A stretch of DNA of 64,000 nucleotides from Gammaproteobacteria bacterium (GCA_965116495.1 OZ220696.1:4096001-4160000); one strand, 5' to 3'; shown: positions 9,219 through 20,708, counted from the stretch's first letter. Translations and numbers: made by a program. The notes: generated by a model from the sequence alone, not told the origin.

Positions 9219-10508
9219 ATGGGAAATGTTACCCCATATGATATCTTGAGTATGGATGATCCATTAACCCAGGAAAATGCTGAAATTCTATGTGATTACA
9301 AGGAAGAGGACGAGTACGTTGATTACAAATCGCAGTTTAAATCTGGTAGTGAGAAAGACTGGCTTGAGATTACCAAAGACATTATGGCATTCGCCAATAC
9401 CTATGGGGGGTTTTTAGTTTATGGTGTAGAAGATCAATCAAAAAAAATTATCGGAATTACTGATGAAGAGGCCAAGAAAATTGCTGATACAAATAATATT
9501 CAACAAAAAATAAACCGATTTATTGAGCCAAGTATCACCACCATTCGAACAAAAATGTTCAATGTTGATGAACAAACTGTAGCAATAATTTATGTACCTC
9601 AATCGAAGGATTTAACACATATTATTTCAAAGGACGGAGAGTTTTCGCATCAAAGTGGCAATAAAAAAGTAATGCTGAGAAAAGGCACATTTTATGTCAG
9701 GCATTCAGCGACTAATCATCTTGGAGATAGCGTTGATTTTGAAAAAATGATTGAAAGGAGAATTGATCAATTTCGAGAAGCATTGATGGATAAAGTGGCT
9801 AAAGTAGTGCATTCACCAATCGCAAGTGACGTATATATCCTAAATGAGGATACGACGGAATTAGATATAGAGACAAAGCAGGTAAAGATAACAGATTCTC
9901 CTGATGCTATACCCGTAAAAGGAATTGGCTTTACGACCGAACCAAAAGGAGTTGATCAAAAAGTCGCAGCTTGGACAGTATTATCTAAGGGTCAATTCAA
10001 TGTTGAGCTGCCTCGAGAACAAATTTGGTCATGGTATTTTCAAAGGGAAAGAAATGAACCTCAAAATGCTCATAAATTAAGCATTTTCAAATTTTCTCTT
10101 AGTTATGGAATTCCATGCTTCTATTGGATTCAAGGCATGAAAGCTCAAATCATCCGGGAAGAACTACTCACTTCGATAAAGAATAGAACATCGAATCGCA
10201 ATGTCGATTATATGCTTAGGGTTGCTAGTTTTCTAGGTGAGCCCTTTTACAAAAAAGCTCTTCTCGCATTGGGAGAATATGCCAACAAGATTGCTCCTAA
10301 GGACGAAAAATATCCTGAATCAGATTTAATGCAAACTCACAAAAAAATTCGCGAAATAAAACAGGTACAATCAAATTGGGATGAAATGAAGTCTAAATTA
10401 AATAGCATTGCCCAATTAGGTATTGAAAAACCTGTTATTACTCAGCGATTATGGAAGTCTCAAAATCTCGATTGTTACTTATATGCCCAAACTGATAAAT
10501 ATATTTGA
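9219..10508 (+). CDS. Schlafen/AlbA_2 domain protein with unknown C-terminal region
   Basis: EEDEYVDYK...KDIMAFANTYGGFLVYGV...FYVR AlbA_2 signature; AT-rich. Confidence 0.85.
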   Translation: MGNVTPYDILSMDDPLTQENAEILCDYKEEDEYVDYKSQFKSGSEKDWLEITKDIMAFANTYGGFLVYGVEDQSKKIIGITDEEAKKIADTNNIQQKINRFIEPSITTIRTKMFNVDEQTVAIIYVPQSKDLTHIISKDGEFSHQSGNKKVMLRKGTFYVRHSATNHLGDSVDFEKMIERRIDQFREALMDKVAKVVHSPIASDVYILNEDTTELDIETKQVKITDSPDAIPVKGIGFTTEPKGVDQKVAAWTVLSKGQFNVELPREQIWSWYFQRERNEPQNAHKLSIFKFSLSYGIPCFYWIQGMKAQIIREELLTSIKNRTSNRNVDYMLRVASFLGEPFYKKALLALGEYANKIAPKDEKYPESDLMQTHKKIREIKQVQSNWDEMKSKLNSIAQLGIEKPVITQRLWKSQNLDCYLYAQTDKYI

Positions 10509-12227
10509 ATTTGAAAGTTCAAGCCCGGGTTGATAGTTAGCAATTTTATGCTTGTTGCAGACAAGTAGACAAAAAAGCACCTATATCAAGACATCAGGAA
10601 TTAAGGATAGATTGATCTTATTAATGAACCAACGACAGGGAGTAACCCCCTTATAAATTACGCCAGCATATGATCAAGTTGTGGTTTGAGACATTTGTTG
10701 AGCATAAAGAAAAAATATGAGCAAAACAGTATTTACGAAAGTCGATTATGACTTGGATTCACTAACCAAATATATTGGTCTCGGAGAAATTGGATTACCC
10801 GATATTCAACGTCCCTTCGTCTGGAAAAATGTCAAAGTTCGCGATTTGTTTGATTCTATGTATAAGGGTTATCCGGTTGGTTATTTGCTCTTCTGGAAAA
10901 ATGGTGTTAATCCTGATACGCGGACTATAGGCACCGACAGTAAACAGAAACCACCACGTCTGGTTATAGTGGATGGTCAGCAGAGGCTTACTTCACTTTA
11001 TGCAGTAGTGAAAAATGTTGCGGTAGTGCGGGATAATTTCGAGACTGAGCATATTCATATTGCTTTCAATCCCGTTGAAGAGAAATTTGAAGTAGCTGAC
11101 GCGGCTATCAGACGAGATAAAGCGTTCATTCCAGATATTTCGATACTTTGGAGTGAAAAGACTGATTTATTTGAGGTTGTCGATAACTATCTGGATGGAC
11201 TAACAACAGTTCGTGAAGTTAGTCAGAATGAACTCAAACGCATCCGTAAAGCTATTAGTAATCTGTATGGATTACTAAACTTCCCATTTACCGTTCTCGA
11301 ATTGGCAGCTGATATAGATGAAGAATCTGTATCGGATGTATTTGTCCGCATTAATAGCAAGGGGACACCCCTGAATCAGGCGGATTTCATTCTCACCCTC
11401 ATGTCTATGTTCTGGAACGAGGGTCGCGCCAAATTGGAAAGTTTTTGCCGGGACTCACGAAATCCATCTAAAGGAGATGCATCATCTTTTAACCATTATG
11501 TAGAACCATCACCAGAGCAACTCTTGCGCGTTGCGGTTGGGTTAGCATTCAAACGTGCTCGATTGAAATATGTTTATTCTATTCTTCGTGGTAAAGATTT
11601 GGAGACAGAAAAATTCAGTGAAGAACGGCGAATTCAGCAGTTTGAGTATCTTAAAGATGCACAGGAAAGAACGCTCAATCTTCAATATTGGCATGACTTC
11701 ATGAGCAGTATTCGCTCAGCTGGCTTCAGAAGCTCGAAGATGATTAGCTCCCAAAATAATATACTGTTCTCATATTTGCTGTATTTAATTGGACGTACTG
11801 AATACAAGGTTAGTGAATTCGATCTTCGGCAGGCAATTGCACGCTGGTTCTTTATGTCGAGCGTCACAGGTCGTTTTACTGGTAATGCAGAAACAGTCAT
11901 GGAATCCGACTTGGCAAGATTACGTGATATCAGTACAGCTGTCGGCTTCGTGCAGATGCTAAATCACGTATGTGATATTACACTTAATGATGACTTCTGG
12001 AGTTTCTCCTTACCAAATGATCTGGCAACCTCATCACCACGCAGCCCGTCGTTATTTGCATATCATGCTGCACTGATATTGCTGGATGCCAACGTATTAT
12101 TTTCCAGAACTAAACCCTCATGATCAGGGCTCTGCACACCCCGATTGCATGTAACTGAGAAACGCCGAGGCCACGGGCAACCCGCCGCCCCGGCGTTGGC
12201 TAACGCCCCGTCCTGATGCACACTGGC

Positions 12228-12409
12228 GGGGTGGGAGCGAGACCGAGGACGCTTTTTTTTGCGGCGCCTTACGAGCCCGTTTCTAAACTGTTCCCGAGCA
12301 ACGGCATCGTGCCCCGCTTTGTACCCGGCGCTGCCGAGGACGCACAGCAAAATGCGCCGTCTCCCTCACGGGAGACGAGCCAGCTATCCGTTGCTCCCGT
12401 TCCCGCCCC
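12228..12409 (+). ncRNA. candidate IS110 bridge RNA in the left non-coding end
   Basis: Nested stems (GGGGTGGGAGCG/CGTTCCCGCCCC and GAGCAACGG/CCGTTGCTC) and two copies of a CCGAGGACGC..GCG(G/C)CG..CGAGCC module. Confidence 0.5.
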
Positions 12410-12441
12410 TGTTATAACACCACCCATTCGGAGGAAGCGTT

Positions 12442-13642
12442 ATGTCTGATAGTGTACACACTGATACCTTGAACGTCATCCATGCCTGCGCCGCCGGCCT
12501 GGATGTGCACAAAATGCAAATCACCGCCAGCGTGCGCCGGGCCCGGCCCGACGCCGAGGCCGAGACCCATACCCGCACGTTCAGCGCCCTGCCCGGCGGG
12601 CTGGGCGAGTTGACCCGTTGGTTGCTTGAGCACCAGGTCAGCGCCGCCGTGATGGAGGCCACGGGCGTCTATTGGGAGGTCGTCTTCGAGGCCCTGGAGA
12701 GCGCCGGCATCAAGGCGATACTGGTGCATGCCCAGCATGTCAAACAACTCAAGGGCCGCAAGACCGACATCGCCGACAGCGTCTGGCTGGCGCGTATCTG
12801 TCAGTTCGGCCTGTGCGCGCCCAGCTTCGTCCCGCCCGCCGACTTCCGCGCCCTGCGCAAGGTGTCACGGCAACGCCACAAGGTCGTGCGCCTGCGCGCC
12901 ACCCTGCGCACCCGTATCCACCAGACCCTCGATGGCGCCGGTCTCCGGACGCTCGAACGAGGACATCCTGGCCGGACTCTCCGGCCATGTCCGGGCGCGG
13001 CTCGACCCACTGTGCGATGCCCTCAGCGCACCCCTGCGCCCACACGCCCGGTTTGTCCTCAAAGACCCACTCGACGCCTTCGAGAACGCCAACGCACGCA
13101 TCGCCGCCTACGATGCCTTCATCCAACAACAACTCACCCCCTACCAGCGCCCACTCGACCTGTTGATGACCCTGCCCGGCATCGACCACACCGCCGCCCG
13201 CGCCATCCTCATCGAACTCGGCCCCGATATCACCGTCTTCCCCTCATCCCGCCACTGCGCGGCCTGGGCCGGTCTGTGCCCCGGCAACAACGAGAGCGCC
13301 GGTAAACGCCGCCACGGCAGAACCCGCAAGGGCAACCCCTTCCTGCGCACCCTGCTCATCGAGTGCGCACACGGCGCCGTACGCACCCGACACGCCCAGT
13401 TCCAGGGCTACCATAAAGCCCTCACCGTGCGCCGCGGCTACAAACGCGCCACCGTCGCCACCGCACACAAACTGCTGCGTATCCTCTACCGCCTGCTCGC
13501 CACCGGTCAGCCCTACTGCGACCCGCACACCGACTACGAGGCGCTGATGGTCCAGCGCAACGCACCGCGCTGGATCAAAATGCTGGAAAAATACGGCTAC
13601 GACACCGTCAACCGGTCAACGACCATGACAGCCGCCGCCTGA
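12442..13642 (+). pseudogene. IS110 recombinase, frameshifted near 12948
   Basis: DEDD motifs GLDVHK, MEATGVYW and KTDIADS lie in one frame; Tnp-domain TLPGID...PGNNESAGK lies in another. GGAGG RBS. Confidence 0.9.
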
Positions 13643-14764
13643 CCCATACCCGGGTGGGGACCGCCACCCGGTACACCACGCCAGCGCGGCCACTCCCCCC
13701 GGCCACAGGTCATAGCGCGGGGCCTCCTGTCAGGCCAGAGCGGGCCACGCCGTAGCGCCAGCTTCCTTAACGGTCTCACCCTGTGTAGACCAACCCCGTC
13801 CGCACGCCCTGAAGCCGGAATGGTATAATTAAGTTACATAGCAAAATATCGGAGTTACTTGATCCTGCAATACAATCAAACCGCTCATTAGTAGAACGTC
13901 ATCATCTATTCCCGAAAGGGTTTCTGAGTAAATTGGGTATTACATCTATCCGAGAAACTAACCAGATCGCAAACTATGCATTAGTTGAGTGGGGAGATAA
14001 TTCTCAAATCTCGGACAGCCCCCCCGCTGATTACCTCCCCGAAATGAAAAAACGTTATGGCCAAAGTGAACTTGACCGTATGTATCAGTATCATGCTCTC
14101 CCCGATAATTGGGAACAGTTAGAATATCGCGAGTTTTTGGAAAGAAGACGTGAGTTAATTGCTCAGGTTATAAAAGAGGGCTATTCAATTTTGACTACTT
14201 CTGAGATTGAGGTAGCTGCAGGTTCTTCTGATTTTATATTATCTCAAGTAGTGATTAGTGGAGAGTCTGAGGCTGTAGAATTCAAATCTACTCTCCGAAC
14301 AAATCTTCATACTTCATGCAAAGACCCACGTATGGAGTTAGCAGTTCTCAAGACATTGGCGGGCTTTCTAAATACTAATGGAGGCACATTGATAATAGGT
14401 ATTTCCGATGATGGTAGTCCGGTCGGCATTGAAGCTGATGGATTTCTTAATGAAGATAAAATGAATTTGCATTTAATAAATATCGTTAAAAGTCGTATGG
14501 GAGTACCAGCCTTGACAGGCGTCCATGCCCATTTTGATGATCATGAAGGTTGTCGCGTTATGGTTGTAAGATGTAGTAAGGCTTCATCACCTATTTTCGT
14601 TAATGATGCTAAAACAGAAAAGTTTTATATTCGTATCGGCCCGTCTACAAACGAACTAAGTCCTAGTCAGACACAGGAATTCATTAAGGAAAGATTTATT
14701 GGTTAATTTAAATAAGGTAGTTCATTGAGAAGTGTGATATTCGAAAAATATAAAGAAATTCTAC

Positions 14765-15223
14765 TCAATCATCATTAGGTATAGTCCTTGAACTATCTAG
14801 AATACTCCCCCTCACCCGGCAGGACTGTCCTTCAAACAATGCGACGAGCTTGTCGTCCTGGTCGGTGACCGTGACCTGGTAGCGGCCGTAGCGGCCGTCC
14901 TGGGACTCGTGTTCGGCGGTTGCCGTCAGTTGGTCGCCCGCTTTCCCGGGCCGTTTGTATTCGATACCGCACTTTTGCGCCAGGTTTGCGTCGTTGCGGG
15001 TGTTGCAGGCGCAGGCAAAAGCCGTATCGGCCAGGGTGAAGATGAAACCCCCGTGGCAGATGCCGTGGCCGTTCAGCATTTCGGTCTTTACCGGCATTTT
15101 GAGACGGGCGAATCCCTCCCGTACCTCATCGATGGTAATCCCGATGTTTTGCGAGGCGACGTCCTTGCCGTACATGGCATCGACGCAGGCGCGCGCCAGT
15201 TCATCGCCGGCCAGTTCAGTCAT
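14765..15223 (-). CDS. paaI: hydroxyphenylacetyl-CoA thioesterase
   Basis: [26 protein letters not shown] hot-dog fold motif; coupled to paaZ. Confidence 0.93.
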   Translation of the reverse strand: MTELAGDELARACVDAMYGKDVASQNIGITIDEVREGFARLKMPVKTEMLNGHGICHGGFIFTLADTAFACACNTRNDANLAQKCGIEYKRPGKAGDQLTATAEHESQDGRYGRYQVTVTDQDDKLVALFEGQSCRVRGSILDSSRTIPNDD

Positions 15224-17261
15224 CCCGGCGTTCCACCAGGGTCATGACGTCGTACAAGGCTACGGTATTGTCATCCTGGTTGATAATCTCCACCGCCCAC
15301 CTGACTACCCCCGTAGCCCGGGGATCGTCGGGACGTTTGTCTTTCCTGATCTTCTGTTTGACCACGATTTTTGTCCGGATCGTATCGCCGATACCCACAG
15401 GTTCGATAAAACGCAGGTTTTCCAAGCCGTAGTTGGCCAGGACCGGTCCGGGCGCCGGGTCCACGAACATGCCGGCGGCCGCGGAGATCAGGAAATACCC
15501 GTGGGCCACGCGTTTGCCGAACAGGGAATCCGCCGCGGCAAGTTCATCGAAATGGGCATAGAAAAAATCACCGGTCAGGCAACCGAAATTGACGATATCC
15601 GCCTCGGTGACGGTGCGCCGGTAGCTCTCGTGGGTTTCACCGATCTGCAGTTCTTCAAAGTATTTACGGAACGGGTGTACCCTGTCCGTTATCGGTGTCG
15701 CACCCTGGTGATATTCACCGGTCAGGCCCATCAGCGTCGTCGGTGAGCCCTGGATAGCAGTGCGTTGCATATAGTGTTTGATAGCTCTCTCACCGCCCAG
15801 TTCTTCACCACCGCCGGCCCGGCCCGGCCCGCCGTGAACCAGCGCCGGCAGAGGTGACCCATGACCGGTTGACTCTGCGGCGCAATCCCGGTTGATGACC
15901 AGCAGACGGCCGTGCCAGGCTGCCGTATTGAGGACCAGTTGCCGCGCTTCCGCATCATTGGCGGTAAATACCGAGCCCACCAGGCTGCCCCTGCCTTTTT
16001 TTGCCAGTTCGATAGCCTCGTCCAGATCCCGGTAAGGCATGACCGTACAGACCGGCCCGAATGCCTCGACGTCATGGGGTTCACCAACCGTCAGGGGCTG
16101 TACGCAATACAGCAGGGTAGTGGGGAAGAACGCCCCCTTGTCCTTGTCTCCGCCGCGGATTTCGAACTCCCTGGCGCCGCCGTAGAGGATTTCACAGGCA
16201 CCGACCAACCGGTTCACGTTATCCCAGACGTCCTCCATCTGGGCGCGGCCCACCAGCGGCCCCATCTTGACACCATCCACCGAGGGGTCTCCCAGCGGGA
16301 GCCTGTCCAGTCTTTGTCCAAGGGCTGTTGCAACCGCTTCAACCCTGTCCGCGGGCACGATAGCCCGCCTGATAGCCGTACATTTCTGGCCTGCTTTCAC
16401 CGTCATCTCGCGCGCCACTTCCTTAATGAACAGGTCAAACTCAGCAGAACCCGGTTCAACCGTCTCTCCCAGCAATGACAGGTTCAGAGAATCAGCCTCC
16501 ATGTTGAACGGGATGGACTTGGCAATCACGTTGGGGTGGGATTTCAATTTCCTTCCGGTGCTCGCGGACCCGGTAAAGGTGACGACGTCCTGTTCCATCA
16601 GGTGCTCGAACAGGTCTCCGGTACTGCCGCAGAGCAACTGGAATGCCCCTTCCGGCAGGAGTCCCGATTGCACGATAACCCGGGCCATCTTCTCGGTCAG
16701 GTAGGATGAAACGGTGGCCGGTTTAACCACTACCGGCATCCCCGCGCACAGGCTGGGCGCGATCTTCTCCAGCATGCCCCAGCAGGGAAAATTAAAGGCA
16801 TTGATGTGGACGGCCACACCCTCCCTGGGTACCAGTATATGGCGGCCGGTAAACGTCCCTTCTTTCGACAGGCGCTCCTGCCCGCCTTCCACCAGGAACG
16901 TCTCATTGGGAAATTCACGCCGGACCAGGCTGCTGTAACTGAACAGCGTGCCGATACCGCCTTCTATATCGATCCAGCTGTCCGCCCGGGTTGCGCCGGT
17001 CCAGGCTGATACCTGGTAAAACTCGTCCTTGTGTTCCAGCAGGTGTTGCGCCAGTGCTTTCAGGCGCAGGGCACGCTCGTGCAACGTCATCCTGCGCAAC
17101 GCAGGGCCGCCGACTTCCCTGGCATGGCGCAGCACTTCCCCGAATTCCATCCCGTCACTGGAGACGCTGCCGATGAAGTCACCATTAACTGCATTGACGA
17201 CCTCAACGCCGTTTCCCAGACCGCTGTACCACTCTCCCATTACATAACTTTCTATATTCAT
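15216..17261 (-). CDS. paaZ: bifunctional oxepin-CoA hydrolase/aldehyde dehydrogenase
   Basis: ALDH domain ([22 protein letters not shown]) plus MaoC domain ([16 protein letters not shown]); 681 aa. Confidence 0.96.
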   Translation of the reverse strand: MNIESYVMGEWYSGLGNGVEVVNAVNGDFIGSVSSDGMEFGEVLRHAREVGGPALRRMTLHERALRLKALAQHLLEHKDEFYQVSAWTGATRADSWIDIEGGIGTLFSYSSLVRREFPNETFLVEGGQERLSKEGTFTGRHILVPREGVAVHINAFNFPCWGMLEKIAPSLCAGMPVVVKPATVSSYLTEKMARVIVQSGLLPEGAFQLLCGSTGDLFEHLMEQDVVTFTGSASTGRKLKSHPNVIAKSIPFNMEADSLNLSLLGETVEPGSAEFDLFIKEVAREMTVKAGQKCTAIRRAIVPADRVEAVATALGQRLDRLPLGDPSVDGVKMGPLVGRAQMEDVWDNVNRLVGACEILYGGAREFEIRGGDKDKGAFFPTTLLYCVQPLTVGEPHDVEAFGPVCTVMPYRDLDEAIELAKKGRGSLVGSVFTANDAEARQLVLNTAAWHGRLLVINRDCAAESTGHGSPLPALVHGGPGRAGGGEELGGERAIKHYMQRTAIQGSPTTLMGLTGEYHQGATPITDRVHPFRKYFEELQIGETHESYRRTVTEADIVNFGCLTGDFFYAHFDELAAADSLFGKRVAHGYFLISAAAGMFVDPAPGPVLANYGLENLRFIEPVGIGDTIRTKIVVKQKIRKDKRPDDPRATGVVRWAVEIINQDDNTVALYDVMTLVERRDD

Positions 17262-17289
17262 ATAAATTCCTCAATGATCAATTCTCCGA

Positions 17290-17355
17290 GGTCAGAGTAA
17301 AAACCCATCGGAACATACAGTATTATCATAGTTCTCATGGATTTTTACTCTGACC
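17290..17355. repeat. GGTCAGAGT-type inverted repeat pair (REP-like)
   Basis: GGTCAGAGTAAAAACCCAT...ATGGATTTTTACTCTGACC, 18/19 complementary; related to 60074-60146. Confidence 0.75.
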
Positions 17356-17432
17356 CCATCTATCTGACCGGAGTTAGCGGGAGTGGCTGAATAAACATGT
17401 GATCTCTTACACGCACCGATCAAACCATGATA

Positions 17433-17471
17433 TGATACAGAAAAATAATGATATAAGATATTTCTGTAACA
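17433..17471. promoter_or_regulatory. PaaX-type operator between paaZ and paaK
   Basis: TGATACAGAAA...TTTCTGTAACA, i.e. GATACA-N25-TGTAAC; similar to the site before paaA. Confidence 0.6.
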
Positions 17472-17499
17472 ATTTAATTAATCCCGAGAGGTAGGCAGT

Positions 17500-18801
17500 A
17501 TGGCAGAACCCGGAGCATTTGACACCCTGGAACATATCGAAAAAACCGGCAGGGATGAATTGCAGGATTTACAACTGAGGCGTCTTAAATGGAGCCTTGA
17601 ACACGCTTACACCAATGTCGGGTGTTACAGGAAGAAATTTGATGAAGCCGGCGTCCACCCAACGGACCTGAAGGAATTGAGTGACCTCTCCCGCTTCCCG
17701 CTGACGGACAAGCATGATTTCCGGGATAACTATCCGTTCGGCATGTTTGCCGTCCCCATGGATCAGGTAGTGCGCATACACGCATCCAGCGGTACCACGG
17801 GCAAGCCTGTGGTGGTGGGTTATACCAGGAATGACATCGACACCTGGAGTGGGGTAGTGGCCCGGTCTATCAGGGCAGCCGGCGGCTCCCACAGGGACAA
17901 AATCCATGTGGCTTACGGTTATGGCCTGTTCACCGGCGGTCTTGGCGCGCATTACGGTGGCGAATTGATGGGGTGTACCGTGATACCCATGTCCGGGGGA
18001 CAAACGGAAAAACAGGCCTTGCTTATCCAGGACTTTGACCCGGATATCATCATGGTGACGCCGTCGTATATGCTGAGTATCGCCGATGAACTGGAACGGC
18101 AAGGCGTGGACTGCCGCAAACTGAAATTGCGGGTGGGGATATTCGGCGCCGAACCCTGGACGGATTCCATGCGCGCCAACCTGGAACAAAGGCTGGCTAT
18201 TGACGCGGTGGATATATACGGGCTATCCGAAGTGATGGGTCCCGGCGTCGCCCAGGAGTGTGTGGAGACAAAGGACGGACCGACCATCTGGGAGGATCAT
18301 TTTTACCCGGAAATCATCGATCCGCAGACGGGAGAGGTATTGCCGGATGGGGAAGAGGGTGAACTGGTGTTTACCAGCCTCACCAAGGAAGCCCTGCCCG
18401 TGATTCGGTACAGGACCCGTGATTTGACCAGGCTGTTGCCGGGAACGGCCCGTACCATGCGCCGCATGGAAAAGATAACAGGGCGCAGCGACGACATGCT
18501 GATCATCCGCGGCGTAAACGTGTTCCCCACCCAGGTGGAAGAGCAGATACTCAAGGTCGCCGGCCTGGCGCCCCACTACCAGATCGAGATAACCCGCAGC
18601 GAAAATCTGGATGAAATGACGATCAACGTGGAATTATCCCCCGGCGCCGATGCTGTGGCAAAACAGCCGGCCGCCGCCGAACTCAAGAAACATATCAAGG
18701 ACCTCATCGGCGTTTCAACAACGGTCAACGTGCTTGATGAAGGCGGTGTAGCCCGCTCGGAAGGGAAGGCCAAACGCGTGATTGACAGACGTAATATATA
18801 A
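17500..18801 (+). CDS. paaK: phenylacetate--CoA ligase
   Basis: IHASSGTTGKP, DIYGLSEVMGPG and GRSDDMLIIRGVNVFP motifs. Confidence 0.97.
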   Translation: MAEPGAFDTLEHIEKTGRDELQDLQLRRLKWSLEHAYTNVGCYRKKFDEAGVHPTDLKELSDLSRFPLTDKHDFRDNYPFGMFAVPMDQVVRIHASSGTTGKPVVVGYTRNDIDTWSGVVARSIRAAGGSHRDKIHVAYGYGLFTGGLGAHYGGELMGCTVIPMSGGQTEKQALLIQDFDPDIIMVTPSYMLSIADELERQGVDCRKLKLRVGIFGAEPWTDSMRANLEQRLAIDAVDIYGLSEVMGPGVAQECVETKDGPTIWEDHFYPEIIDPQTGEVLPDGEEGELVFTSLTKEALPVIRYRTRDLTRLLPGTARTMRRMEKITGRSDDMLIIRGVNVFPTQVEEQILKVAGLAPHYQIEITRSENLDEMTINVELSPGADAVAKQPAAAELKKHIKDLIGVSTTVNVLDEGGVARSEGKAKRVIDRRNI

Positions 18802-18836
18802 TTTTTTAACGCGTTTATCCCCTTAGGGTACGGTAA

Positions 18837-19348
18837 TCACTCGGATAGTTCACATACTTTCTCGTTCACACGAAGGTATTCGTCAATGAATATGTCGGTC
18901 AGCTGACCGACATATTGCAAAATGAATCCTGAATCACTTGCGTGAGTTCCAGCGACTCTCTCATTCCATCCGGTAGCATCACCCTTAAAGTTAGTAGATT
19001 GACCGATTTCTGAAGACTGTCCAACTATTTGTGGCTTGAAAAATTTCTGCTTGAACTCAAATGAAATACTGAATGCCATCTTGTACGCGTTAGTATTTAC
19101 ATAAAGGTAAGGGTCTGCATTCGCATCATAGATTCTTGCACCGCGCAGGCGGCTCCGCACTGTCGTTTCTACAGTCTCTCTGGTGAGACCGATTGCTTTT
19201 GCACTCTCACTTAGATATTCAACCAATAGAGATACTTTTCCACCACAGGGCTACCCAAGATCGAACATATCGTGCCTACTAACATCTTCCTGTGCTGCCA
19301 CAGCAGGTATAGCAATGAACGCTGCAAGTAAAATTATGCACCTATGCA
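18837..19348 (-). pseudogene. degraded exported hypothetical protein
   Basis: Signal peptide MHRCIILLAAFIAIPAVAAQED is in a different frame from the body (18837-19226), with an in-frame stop between them. Confidence 0.5.
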
Positions 19349-19517
19349 TTTCACCAGTTTATCAAATTGTCATTCCTAACCCCAAATACTGTCCCTCTGC
19401 ATATTCCACAAGGCGTGATTGGCAGCCTCAAGTATTTCCGCAGAAATTGACTTACAACTAGTTTTACCCTTATTATGGCTCTCACTTAATATGTGCGTTT
19501 AAGCTGGGGATGACAAT

Positions 19518-19769
19518 ATGAATATTACGCTGAGTATTGATGAGGACATTATGAAGAAAGTGCGCAAGATAGCCATCGACAAGAATACGACGTTGACGGC
19601 TATGGTGCGAGACTACCTGACTGCTGTCGCCGACAACGATACCGGCGTCAAACAGGAGCGTGTTGCTGCGCTTAGGGAATCAATCCGGCGGCATAGCCGC
19701 GATCTCGGCCCGCGCACGTGGACCCGGGATGACCTCTATGAAGACCGACTTGGCCGCCATAACCGATAA
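19518..19769 (+). CDS. antitoxin (DUF6364/RHH-like)
   Basis: MNITLSIDE...TTLTAMVRDYL...WTRDDLYE; overlaps the PIN gene. Confidence 0.82.
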   Translation: MNITLSIDEDIMKKVRKIAIDKNTTLTAMVRDYLTAVADNDTGVKQERVAALRESIRRHSRDLGPRTWTRDDLYEDRLGRHNR

Positions 19770-20181
19770 GGTATTTTTCGATACCAATATTCTCGTCTAT
19801 GCATACGACCGGCGAGACCCGGATAAACAGGAACGGGCTTTCGATCTGCTTGCTGACGCCATCACCAACGAGAAAGGTGTCGTGTCCGCACAGGTTCTGG
19901 GCGAATTTTACAACGCAACGACCCGGCATACTTCCAACCTGCTCCCGGAAGAAGTCGTCAGGGAAGCAATATCCCTGTTTGCGACCCTGCCGGTCATAGA
20001 CATTGACCTCACACTGGTGCAACGGGCTGTTGGTACCTGTAGCCGCTACCGGATATCCTACTGGGACTCTTTGATCATAGCTGCCGCAGAAAAGGCGGGC
20101 TGCACACAGATTTTCTCGGAGGATTTCAACACAAGCCAGACCTATCACGACATCATGGTCGTCAATCCCTTTCAGGGCTGA
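19738..20181 (+). CDS. PIN-domain toxin
   Basis: FFDTNILVYA, QVLGEF, ISYWDSLI and FSEDF motifs. Confidence 0.92.
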   Translation: MKTDLAAITDKVFFDTNILVYAYDRRDPDKQERAFDLLADAITNEKGVVSAQVLGEFYNATTRHTSNLLPEEVVREAISLFATLPVIDIDLTLVQRAVGTCSRYRISYWDSLIIAAAEKAGCTQIFSEDFNTSQTYHDIMVVNPFQG

Positions 20182-20264
20182 CGCCGGATTAGAAAATTAC
20201 AGAATTGAAACGGTAATCGTGGAGCACACAATTGAATAGAGAAATTAGTGTTAATTTAGCGGAC

Positions 20265-20708
20265 TTAACAGGTTGGAATAAGGAATTTAACGGCCCGTTG
20301 GCCTGTGTTTACGGGAGATTTGAGATAGGTGCTGTCCTTTCCGCCGAGTAGTGCCACCAGTAATCGACAGATCAGGTTTCTCATTTCCTGTGTAAGGTTT
20401 TCACCGATATCCATATTCACCACTAACCCAAGCGGTTCATCGAAGAACAAGGCTTCATGTAGCGCATCATTCCGAAGGGTGGATACTGTTGTACCTGTAG
20501 TGTCCTTGATATTCTGTGCCCAAGATGGTGTATCGACGCCGAGTTCGTTACACAGCCACCCAATTCGTTCGCCGTGTGGGAGGTACCCATTCTGGCATCG
20601 TAAAGCCTTTGTTAAGGCGTAGCAGGCATCAGCGGATGTATACTGCTCATATAGAGCGACAAACGTAACTTGTGACAGTACAGTACTCGTTTCCTGGCGT
20701 ATCCAGCT
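20265..20708 (-). pseudogene. start-less HEPN-like reading frame (147 codons)
   Basis: Frame is open from just after the Fic stop to 20265 and contains RNDALH (R-x4-H). No ATG/GTG/TTG occurs before 20450. Confidence 0.5.

Larger units (their letters stand above)
12115..13845 (+). mobile_element. IS110-family element (ends approximate; AAA core at both junctions)
   Basis: GC-rich block inside an AT-rich gene. Removing it restores ...LFSRTK|ISELLDP in frame. No long terminal IRs or long TSD. Confidence 0.85.
10717..14706 (+). pseudogene. GmrSD-like DUF262 + HNH(DUF1524-like) + C-terminal AlbA_2 fusion (~752 aa when rejoined), interrupted by IS110
   Basis: 5' half has LPDIQRPFVW, DGQQRLT and FVRINS. 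The 3' half resumes in the same frame at 13846: ISELLDP...ERHHLFPK...NQIANYALVEWGDN, then GESEAVEFKSTLR...FLNTNGGTLIIGI. Confidence 0.88.

Noticed and set aside
12940-12955. Programmed frameshift in the IS110 recombinase
   Set aside because: No slippery heptamer, and IS110 recombinases are normally single ORFs; a deletion is simpler.
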